The notes beneath the pieces were generated by a model, which worked only from the letters and a program-made list of their open reading frames with translations, made no database searches and was not told the origin of the DNA. From assembly GCA_023461435.1 (NCBI GenBank), contig JAEYLC010000007.1:1127-65126 (forward strand): a DNA stretch of 64,000 bases. The letters are read 5' to 3'. Position 1 is the stretch's first letter. Each line of letters starts with the position of its first letter. Position numbers and translations under genes: made by a program. This document shows positions 18,822 through 26,762 of this stretch, in pieces. This DNA comes from Bacillota bacterium (GTDB lineage: Bacteria > Bacillota > Clostridia > Christensenellales > SZUA-584).

Positions 18822-20189
18822 TCAGCCGATCACAGGAACGGTGGAAAGCCCCTGACACAGCATCTCGTCGGTATACTCAAAGTCTTCAAGCTTGCCCGAA
18901 AGGTATTCCTCGTACGCCGCAAGGTCGAAATTGCCGTGGCCCGAGAGGTTGAAGAATATCGTCTTCGCTTCGCCGGATTCCTTGCATTCGAGCGCTTTTT
19001 CAATCACATACGCGATCGCGTGGGACGACTCGGGTGCGGGCAGTATGATCTCGCTCTTTGCAAACTGCACCGCCGCTTTGAACACATCCGTCTGCTGCAC
19101 CGCCGCCGCCTTCACATAGCCGTCGTGGTAAAGCTGTGAAAGCAGTGCGGAGTCGCCGTGATAGCGCAGACCGCCCGCGTGGATGCCCGCAGGCACAAAA
19201 TCGTGGCCCAGCGTATACATCATCGTGATGGGCGCCATCTTGGCGGTATCGCCGTAATCGTACATGAACTTGCCCTTGGTCAGCTTCGGGCAGGCCGCGG
19301 GCTCCACCGCGACATATTCGGTCTTCGTGCCCTTGGTGAGCGTATCGTGCATAAACGGGAACGAACAGCCCGAGAAATTGGAGCCGCCGCCGTTGCAGCC
19401 GATCACGATATCGGGATATTCGTCGATCAATTCAAACTGCTTCTTAGCCTCAAGGCCGATAATGGACTGGTGCAGTATCACATGGTTGAGCACGCTGCCG
19501 AGCGCGTAGTGCGTATCCTCTCTCATCACCGCGTCTTCCACGGCTTCGGAAATCGCGATACCGAGGCTCCCGAGCGAATTCGGGTCTTTGGCGAGTATCG
19601 CGCGCCCCGCGTTGGTCAGGGTTGACGGGCTTGCGACCACATTCGCGCCGTACGTCTGCATCAGTGTCTTTCTGTACGGCTTTTGCTCGTATGACACACG
19701 CACCATATACACCGCGCACTCCAGGCCAAACATCGCGCACGCGATGGAAAGAGCGCTGCCCCACTGGCCCGCGCCCGTCTCGGTGGACAAACGCTTGATG
19801 CCCTCAATCTTGTTGTAAAAAGCCTGCGGCACAGCGCTGTTTAATTTGTGGCTGCCCGACGGGTTGTTGCCTTCATATTTGTAGTAGATTTTGGCGGGCG
19901 TATCAAGCGCCTTTTCGAGCCCGTAGGCGCGCACGAGCGGCGACGGACGGAACTTCGCATAGATATCCCTGACCTCTTTGGGTATGTCAATATACCGCTC
20001 GGTCGACATCTCCTGCTCGATCAGCGCCCTCGCAAACAGCGGTTCGAGATCGGAAGCGGCGGCAGGCTGCTGCGTCATCGGATGCAGATAAGGCTGCGGC
20101 TTATTCGGCATATCCGCCATGATGTTGTAGTATTGCTTTGGCAATTCGTCTTCGGAAAGATAGACTTTATTGGGTATGGATTTGCTCAT
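18822..20189 (-). CDS. TrpB2-type tryptophan synthase beta-like PLP enzyme
   Basis: 455 aa, GSHKLNSA PLP-lysine motif, N-terminal extension typical of the TrpB2 clade. No trpA is adjacent. Confidence 0.88.
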   Translation of the reverse strand: MSKSIPNKVYLSEDELPKQYYNIMADMPNKPQPYLHPMTQQPAAASDLEPLFARALIEQEMSTERYIDIPKEVRDIYAKFRPSPLVRAYGLEKALDTPAKIYYKYEGNNPSGSHKLNSAVPQAFYNKIEGIKRLSTETGAGQWGSALSIACAMFGLECAVYMVRVSYEQKPYRKTLMQTYGANVVASPSTLTNAGRAILAKDPNSLGSLGIAISEAVEDAVMREDTHYALGSVLNHVILHQSIIGLEAKKQFELIDEYPDIVIGCNGGGSNFSGCSFPFMHDTLTKGTKTEYVAVEPAACPKLTKGKFMYDYGDTAKMAPITMMYTLGHDFVPAGIHAGGLRYHGDSALLSQLYHDGYVKAAAVQQTDVFKAAVQFAKSEIILPAPESSHAIAYVIEKALECKESGEAKTIFFNLSGHGNFDLAAYEEYLSGKLEDFEYTDEMLCQGLSTVPVIG

Positions 20190-20283
20190 AACTCGTCTCC
20201 TCTGATCTTGTTATTTTTGAGTCGTCAAGAATAACATCACTCGTCTCTTCTTGTTTTATGCATTCTTTCTCGTCTCGCTATTC

Positions 20284-20313
20284 AGTATATGACATCTTAA
20301 CTATTTATGTCAA
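20284..20313 (-). promoter_or_regulatory. candidate sigma-A promoter for the TrpB2 gene
   Basis: Minus strand reads TTGACA, 18 nt, TATACT, about 95 nt upstream of the ATG. Confidence 0.5.
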
Positions 20314-20422
20314 TATTTGAAGACCTGTGGCTCCTGCCCTAAACAGCGCTAAACTTGCAAAATGCCATACATAGGGATAAAATGAAAGCATCGATTTCTT
20401 CAACAACAGACTGGAGTCAGGC

Positions 20423-21595
20423 ATGCAGAAAAAATCCGTCACCAAAACGCTCCTCATCATCATGATTCTGTTTTTCTGGTTTGCACAGTACGTCTATATC
20501 CCGTATCATACGCCGTATCTGCTCTCTCTGGGAGCCGCCTCGTCGTTTGTCGGCATCATCGTGGGTGCTTACGGGTTTGCACAGGTGCTGTTTCGCATCC
20601 CCATCGGCATTTTTGCCGACAGAAAAGCCGGACAGAAAAAGATCATATTTATTGGCCTCATCTGCGCGGCGCTCGCGTCGGCCATCCGTATCATTTTCCC
20701 GTATCCCGCCGCGTTTCTCATCGCGAATTTCATCACCGGCGTCACATCGGCCACGTGGGTGTCCGTCACCGTATTCTTCTCATCGCTGTATGAGCCGGGC
20801 GAGCTCAAAAAAGCGATGGGCATCTCCATCGCGGGCAACAATACGGGCATACTGCTCGGATTTATCGCAAGCGCCTATATCAGCGATCAGCTCGGCATCA
20901 CATTCTTGTTTGCCGCCAGCATCATATCCGCGGTCTGCGGACTAATCACGTGGTTTTTTATAAAGGAATCCAGCCCGGAGAGAACAGAGCCAGGAAAGAT
21001 CGATTTGATAGGCATATTAAAAAACCCGTCTCTGCTTTTCTTTTCGTTTCTCGGCCTTTTGCTGCAGGCCGTCGTCTTTTCGACAGCGATGTCGTTTACG
21101 ACATCATATGCCAAGCTGCTTTCCGCCAGTGATTTTGATCTCGCGCTTTGCATGATCATTTTTATCATGGTGTCCGTCATCGTGCCACTGATCATCGGAT
21201 ACGCGAAACGGTGGAGCAACAAGGCGATGTTCATCTTTTTGTTCGGCTGCTTCGTCGTCTACTGCGGTCTCCTTCCTTTCGCGACGAAGATGTGGCAGCT
21301 TCATGTCCTTCAGGGAGTGTGCGGCATCGCGAACGGCGGCATCATGTCTCTCGCGATGGCTTGTTCAATGGAAAGCGCGAAGGATGGCTGCCGCTCCACC
21401 ACGATGGCCGTGTTTCAGGCATGCTACGGCATCGGCATGACGCTCGGGCCCATTTTCACGGGCGTGCTCGTGGACCATTTCGGTTATACGGCCGGTTTTT
21501 TAAGCATGGCCGTGTTTTCATTGGGGGGCATCGCCGTCGTCCTTTTCAAAATGAAAGGCAACGCATTTATCAGCAGGCGCAAAACTCATGTTTAG
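20423..21595 (+). CDS. MFS transporter
   Basis: 390 aa, ~12 hydrophobic segments, loop 2-3 motif GIFADRKAGQKK. Confidence 0.8.
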   Translation: MQKKSVTKTLLIIMILFFWFAQYVYIPYHTPYLLSLGAASSFVGIIVGAYGFAQVLFRIPIGIFADRKAGQKKIIFIGLICAALASAIRIIFPYPAAFLIANFITGVTSATWVSVTVFFSSLYEPGELKKAMGISIAGNNTGILLGFIASAYISDQLGITFLFAASIISAVCGLITWFFIKESSPERTEPGKIDLIGILKNPSLLFFSFLGLLLQAVVFSTAMSFTTSYAKLLSASDFDLALCMIIFIMVSVIVPLIIGYAKRWSNKAMFIFLFGCFVVYCGLLPFATKMWQLHVLQGVCGIANGGIMSLAMACSMESAKDGCRSTTMAVFQACYGIGMTLGPIFTGVLVDHFGYTAGFLSMAVFSLGGIAVVLFKMKGNAFISRRKTHV

Positions 21596-21622
21596 CAGAA
21601 AACGTCTTGACCTCTGAGCCCC

Positions 21623-21660
21623 AAAAAGGCGGAGCCGTTTATATCGCACTCCGCCGGTCG
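21623..21660. terminator. bidirectional terminator between the MFS gene and metE
   Basis: GGCGGAG/CTCCGCC stem. On the minus strand it is followed by TTTTTGG. Confidence 0.6.
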
Positions 21661-21676
21661 TTTTCCTTGAATATTT

Positions 21677-23941
21677 TTACAAGTTCTCGCGCACCGCATG
21701 AACGGCTGCCACAAGGTTTTTAAGGCTGGCCGCCGTTTCTTCATTGCCGCGCGTTTTCAGGCCGCAGTCGGGGTTCACCCAAAGCTTTTCCTTGGGGATC
21801 AGCCTGAGCATCACTTCAATGGCCTGTTTGATTTCTTCGGCCGAGGGCACCCGCGGGGAGTGGATATCGTAAACGCCGGGCCCCACCGCCGTTTTAAAAT
21901 GCGCCCGGTTCAGCGTCTCCACGATGGACAGGTTGGAGCGCGCCGCTTCAAATGTGATCACGTCGGCATCCATGTCGTCGATATCCGCAATGATCTCGTC
22001 AAATTCGCTGTAGCACATGTGCGTATGGATCTGCGTGTCCGCCTGAACGGAGGCATGCACGAGTCTGAACGCGGCGATCGCCCAGTCAAGATAATCGCGG
22101 TGCCAGTCTTCCCGCCTCAGCGGAAGCTTTTCCTTCAGCGCCGCTTCGTCCACCTGTATGACGCGTATTCCCGCCGCCTCGAGCGCCAGCACCTCCTTGC
22201 GTATCGCGAGCGCGATCTGAAATGCCGTTTCATACGGCTGAACGTCCTCTCTCGGGAACGACCAGTTGAGTATCGTCACAGGGCCGGTCAGCATGCCTTT
22301 GACGGGCTTTTTCGTGAGGCTCTGCGCGTATGAAATATAATCGACGGTGATCGGCTTCGTCCATTTGATGTCGGCCCACACGATGGGCGGCTTCACGCAG
22401 CGCGTCCCGTACGACTGGACCCACGCGTTCTGTGTGAAAAGGAATCCCTCCAGATTCTCGCCGAAGTACTCGACCATATCGTTTCGTTCAAACTCGCCGT
22501 GCACAAGCACATCAAGCCCGATCTTTTCCTGCAGCGCGATGCACGCCGCGATTTTTTCTTTGATCTTAAGCCGGTATTCGTCTTCATCGATCGTGCCTTT
22601 TTTGAGCGCGGCGCGCAGCGCCTTGACCTCGGGTATCTGCGGAAAGGAACCTATGGTGGTGGCGGGCAATAAGGGCAAACTGAGCGTCCTCTTTTGGATC
22701 TTTTCACGCTCAGCAAATTGAGGCAGTCTGATAAAATTCTTGTCCTGCAATGAGGCGACAGCCTGCCTGACCTGATCGTCACGATATTGCCGCCTGGCGC
22801 TGATCAGCGCGATGTTGCCTTGATAAGCATCATCAGCTTCTTTGTTTCCGCTGAAAAGTCTCTTTATATCGGCAAGCTCGTCAAGCTTCTCGACGGCGAA
22901 AGCAAAGTGCCGCTTGACCTGCTCATCGAGCGCCGTTTCGTTCTCCAAAGTATACGGCACGTGCAGCAGCGAGCAGGACGTGGACAGCACGATGCTGTCT
23001 TTTGCAATATGTGAAGCCAGCGACCCCAGCAAAGAGAGCGTTTTGGCATAATCGTTGCGCCATATGTTTCGACCGTTAATGACCCCCGCAAAGAGCGTCT
23101 TATTTTCCGGAAACCCTTGCTCCCTGACCAGCGCGAGCGACTGCCTGCCCTCCACGAAATCAAGCCCGACGCCGTCGAAATCCATGCGGATCACGTCGCG
23201 GTAAACGTCGCGGATATCGCCGAAGTACGTTTGCAGCAGCACCTTGGCCCGCTTCTTTGCGGGCAGAATCACGTCATACAACGCCTTGAATAACGCAATG
23301 TCCTCCGCGCTTAAATCCGTCACCAAAGCAGGCTCGTCGAACTGAATCCACTGCGCGCCGAGTTGTTCGAGCTTAATAAGCATTTGCGCATACGCGTCGG
23401 CTATTTTTGCCGCAAGACGGCCCTTATCTCCCTCCGCGAGCTTTATAAACGTAAACGGGCCGATCATCACCGGCTTGGCGTTGATATCTAGGGCGCGGGC
23501 CTGTGTGTACATATCAAGTAACATGCTGTCTGAAGCAGATGGCGAAACCACGTCGTCCAGCACCGGCACCATATAATGATAATTCGTGTTGAACCATTTT
23601 CGCATGGCCAGCGCTTTCACGTCGCCTTCTTTGCCCTGATAGCCTCGCGCCATCGCAAAATACGTATCGAGCGGGCTTATGCCCAGCGCTTTATATTCGT
23701 CTGGCACGGCTCCGAGCATCATTGCGGTATCGAGCATGCCGTCATAAAATGAAAAGTCTCCGCACGGTATCAGATCAATGCCCTTCTCCTTGAGCATGAG
23801 CCATTGGCCCGCGCGCAGCGCCGCCGCCTTTTCTTTAAGCGAATTCTCCGACATTTTCCCCTGAAAGTAATCCTCGATGAGAAACTTGAGCTCTCTTCGG
23901 CTTCCGATGCGCGGAAACCCGACAACAGTGTTGAATGACAT
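21677..23941 (-). CDS. metE: cobalamin-independent methionine synthase
   Basis: Two Meth_synt halves. GFPRIGSRRELK at the N-terminus and the zinc-site motifs HTHMCYSEF and NPDCGLKTR. ATG 23941 follows AAGGAGG by 8 nt. The listed start 23959 is a TTG inside that RBS. Confidence 0.95.
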   Translation of the reverse strand: MSFNTVVGFPRIGSRRELKFLIEDYFQGKMSENSLKEKAAALRAGQWLMLKEKGIDLIPCGDFSFYDGMLDTAMMLGAVPDEYKALGISPLDTYFAMARGYQGKEGDVKALAMRKWFNTNYHYMVPVLDDVVSPSASDSMLLDMYTQARALDINAKPVMIGPFTFIKLAEGDKGRLAAKIADAYAQMLIKLEQLGAQWIQFDEPALVTDLSAEDIALFKALYDVILPAKKRAKVLLQTYFGDIRDVYRDVIRMDFDGVGLDFVEGRQSLALVREQGFPENKTLFAGVINGRNIWRNDYAKTLSLLGSLASHIAKDSIVLSTSCSLLHVPYTLENETALDEQVKRHFAFAVEKLDELADIKRLFSGNKEADDAYQGNIALISARRQYRDDQVRQAVASLQDKNFIRLPQFAEREKIQKRTLSLPLLPATTIGSFPQIPEVKALRAALKKGTIDEDEYRLKIKEKIAACIALQEKIGLDVLVHGEFERNDMVEYFGENLEGFLFTQNAWVQSYGTRCVKPPIVWADIKWTKPITVDYISYAQSLTKKPVKGMLTGPVTILNWSFPREDVQPYETAFQIALAIRKEVLALEAAGIRVIQVDEAALKEKLPLRREDWHRDYLDWAIAAFRLVHASVQADTQIHTHMCYSEFDEIIADIDDMDADVITFEAARSNLSIVETLNRAHFKTAVGPGVYDIHSPRVPSAEEIKQAIEVMLRLIPKEKLWVNPDCGLKTRGNEETAASLKNLVAAVHAVRENL

Positions 23942-24027
23942 GACATTTTCCTCCTTCAATTTCGGAGAAAACAGGGCACAAAAAAATCCCTATCTTCACT
24001 CCCCAAGATAATTGTGTATTTTGCATA

Positions 24028-24188
24028 AAGGCAGGTCTCCTGGCTTGCTCTCATCCTACTCTCTTTGTGCCTTCCCGATGGCTCAGTGGCATGGATAAAG
24101 ATTTCGTCGAGCTTACAGTAGTGGGTGCTGCTCCGGACTTGAACCGGATTCCCTATTCTCCCCGCGCGTACGCGGAGCACCTTTACAC
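24028..24188 (-). promoter_or_regulatory. cobalamin (B12) riboswitch in the metE leader
   Basis: Minus strand reads ...AATAGGGAATCCGGTTCAAGTCCGGAGCAGCACCCACTACTGTAAGC...GCCACTGAGCCATCGGGAAGGC...AGCCAGGAGACCTGCC. This matches the conserved B12-box and core of the cobalamin riboswitch in its classic position upstream of metE. Confidence 0.85.
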
Positions 24189-24211
24189 CTGATATGTTTT
24201 TATTGAAATTG

Positions 24212-24240
24212 AGTATACCAATGCATGCGGATTAAGTCAA
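24212..24240 (-). promoter_or_regulatory. candidate sigma-A promoter for the riboswitch-metE transcript
   Basis: Minus strand reads TTGACT (24240-24235), 17 nt, TATACT (24217-24212). Confidence 0.55.
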
Positions 24241-24359
24241 TATAGTTCAAGTATACTGTTACCCTCTTGTAATAGTACCTCCTTATGCGTTCTCGTATTG
24301 CGTTTGCTATACAAATTACTTAACAATTCAGCTAATTACTATTACTAAGGTAATTGTGA

Positions 24360-25403
24360 TCAATATATTTCAACATTATCATTTTCAGATATTTCTTGAT
24401 ATTTGCTGATCAATGCACTAATTTCATTCATAAGTGACTTCTTGTTGGTGTAATTCACTTCTGATAGACTGTTGAATTCTAAGCTCATAAGTTTCATCAT
24501 GAAGCCTAAATCCCATTTCATATTTTTTAGATATAAATTGAATTGATAATTTGCGAATTTTATATCTCGTTCAGACCAAAACGAATAGCCACCCAGTATT
24601 TCATTAATAACTTCTTGATTCTGTCGATCAAACGTGTTTAAAATTCTGTCGTATTCTTCTGGCGTTTCAGCTTTATTGATTAACTTGTCTTTTTCTGATA
24701 ACGAATAAAATTTAAACTTATTTAGCGTATCAATTGCCCCAATCATTGTATCTTGCACTGAAGAATCGTCTATGTCTTTAGAATCTCCGTATTTTTTTAT
24801 TTTCAAAAGATTAAATTGTATTGCAAGAATAAAAATATAAACAGACTTTGTTACTTTTTTATCTAGTATATCATTAAGACTCTTATCGGATAAATCAATG
24901 ATAATAAAACGTTTTTTGGGAGTACTTTCATTGATATGAAACCATTCATTTTTTGGATATGTCGAATCATTTCGAATACTATCTTCTATTGATTCATTCC
25001 CATTGATCCTTGCTAAAAGATGCGAACGAGTAATATTCAATTCTTTAATTTGATTATTAAATTCATCAACTAACTCTTCAGGAATTGGTATCAGCCTTTC
25101 TACTGTATCAAAATTTTCAAACCAAAGTTGATTTTCAATTTCTTCACGAGTATATTTAAACTTCAAAGTAGCAAATACTTCTTCTATTATTTCATCAAAT
25201 GACGAATTTCCTTTTGTGATATATTCTAAAACATCAAAAAGCATATCTCTATCCAGTGATTGTATTTCACCACTTTCGAGCTTAGATATATATGCAGGAC
25301 TTTTTTTTAAATAAGCAGCCAAGTCTTTAGATAAAATTGAATTTTGTATTCTTATAGTTTTTATCAATTCGGCTAACTGGCTTGTAACTTGAACTTTAGC
25401 CAT
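24360..25403 (-). CDS. XRE-family HTH protein with a ~280-aa C-terminal helical domain of unknown function
   Basis: N-terminal HTH (ILSKDLAAYLKKSPAYISKLESGE). GGAGG lies 8 nt upstream of the ATG. Very AT-rich coding sequence. Confidence 0.7.
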   Translation of the reverse strand: MAKVQVTSQLAELIKTIRIQNSILSKDLAAYLKKSPAYISKLESGEIQSLDRDMLFDVLEYITKGNSSFDEIIEEVFATLKFKYTREEIENQLWFENFDTVERLIPIPEELVDEFNNQIKELNITRSHLLARINGNESIEDSIRNDSTYPKNEWFHINESTPKKRFIIIDLSDKSLNDILDKKVTKSVYIFILAIQFNLLKIKKYGDSKDIDDSSVQDTMIGAIDTLNKFKFYSLSEKDKLINKAETPEEYDRILNTFDRQNQEVINEILGGYSFWSERDIKFANYQFNLYLKNMKWDLGFMMKLMSLEFNSLSEVNYTNKKSLMNEISALISKYQEISENDNVEIY

Positions 25404-25726
25404 AGATATGTCCTCCTCAACTGAATGTGCAATTATACCATTTTTTTAAGGTTAGGTCAAGTAATTTACCGTATTAATGTAAAGTTAATATATCACTCAA
25501 TTAATTTACTCAATTTATTTATTTTTTATTGACTTATGGAATAATTTAATATACACTGTATACGAAAGAGACAAATGAAAAAGCCATGCTACGAACATGA
25601 CTTCTTCAGGTAAAATTATTGTAAAAAACTACGCCAATATTGGTATTATACCAAATAATCTGTAGAATGCAATTCATTACCGCATAATAGTTTCTTTCAA
25701 AAATTTATTAATAAAGGAGAACTATT

Positions 25727-26638
25727 ATGAAACCGATGATGAAACACCACGTCACACAAGAATGGAAACTTGGATCAAAGGGACATGAACAGTATGACTT
25801 CATTGATGTAAATCTTAGCGATGACAATCTACTTTTTATCGATCCTTGCAGAATTGAAGAGAGCAACCATCCAATTGCTAAACAATGTGTTGCAACAATA
25901 ATTTCTTTCTTTGATATGTTTTTCATTGCATATCGTAACAGAAGCCAAGAGCTTAAACGAAGTATATTGTCGCATGCATCAGAAGAGAATAGCACGTACC
26001 TCGGATATGGATATCCTGGCAAAGGCAATACCGCTGATGGATTAATTAAAACTTTTGCACCATTAGACAAATTAATCGAATCAATACCTACAATAAATGT
26101 CGCACAAGACCTCCCAGTTCTTTTAGCTGGATTTGCAGAAGATGGTTTGTCCGACTTAATAACAAATATAATACATATTGAATTAAACGAATATACACTT
26201 AAGCAAATGTCCCGTTACGGAAAGCATCCAACTAGTATTACAGACTTTTATTCATGGAACGCTAATACTCAATCGTGGCAATTGTATACTGACCAACCTT
26301 GCTACATTTATAAAAACAAGCCAATAATGCTAGTACCAAAAGAATTTGTTAGAAAGAACTTTTTATTTAGCGCATCCCAATATATGCACAGGATTATAGT
26401 CGAAAGAATCCGCGAAGAAGGTGGCGGATATGATCCTGATGGTAAACCCATTCCAAAAACTTATTATCTCGAGCACTGCATTCCACACGATTCGGAGAAC
26501 TGGATATATGAAGAAGTATTGAAATATACTAAGGAGCATCCCGATGCATTGAGCGAATATCATGATAAATTACCTGATTTTTATTTTGAAAATCGCAAAA
26601 GAATTAATGACGATGTTTTAGACGAAGTAGTATATTAA
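25727..26638 (+). CDS. hypothetical 303-aa protein with no motif I can recognise
   Basis: AAGGAG lies 8 nt upstream of the ATG and two hairpins follow the stop. AT-rich and divergent from the HTH gene. Confidence 0.65.
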   Translation: MKPMMKHHVTQEWKLGSKGHEQYDFIDVNLSDDNLLFIDPCRIEESNHPIAKQCVATIISFFDMFFIAYRNRSQELKRSILSHASEENSTYLGYGYPGKGNTADGLIKTFAPLDKLIESIPTINVAQDLPVLLAGFAEDGLSDLITNIIHIELNEYTLKQMSRYGKHPTSITDFYSWNANTQSWQLYTDQPCYIYKNKPIMLVPKEFVRKNFLFSASQYMHRIIVERIREEGGGYDPDGKPIPKTYYLEHCIPHDSENWIYEEVLKYTKEHPDALSEYHDKLPDFYFENRKRINDDVLDEVVY

Positions 26639-26663
26639 GTAAAACCTATTTCTTAAATAGGGT

Positions 26664-26703
26664 GCAAACAAGGCTTATTTGTACTTATATTGCCTTGTTT
26701 TGC
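26664..26703 (+). terminator. intrinsic terminator after the 303-aa gene
   Basis: AACAAGGC/GCCTTGTT stem followed by TTTG. Overlaps the candidate -35 of the alaS promoter. Confidence 0.65.
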
Positions 26704-26762
26704 GCCCATTTTATTGCTATAATGTATAATCGTCATCAAGCGTTTAAAGGAGAAACACGACA

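Noticed and set aside
20190-20283. Canonical TRAP (trp RNA-binding attenuation protein) binding site in the TrpB2 leader.
   Set aside because: Only about eight or nine GAG/UAG triplets occur, in three widely separated clusters, not 9-11 repeats with 2-3 nt spacers. It is kept only as a generic repeated-8-mer observation.
25708-26070. 120-aa minus-strand ORF overlapping the 5' part of the 303-aa island gene.
   Set aside because: It lies wholly inside or antisense to a longer ORF that has a strong RBS and terminators. It has no RBS of its own and would read into the promoter region.
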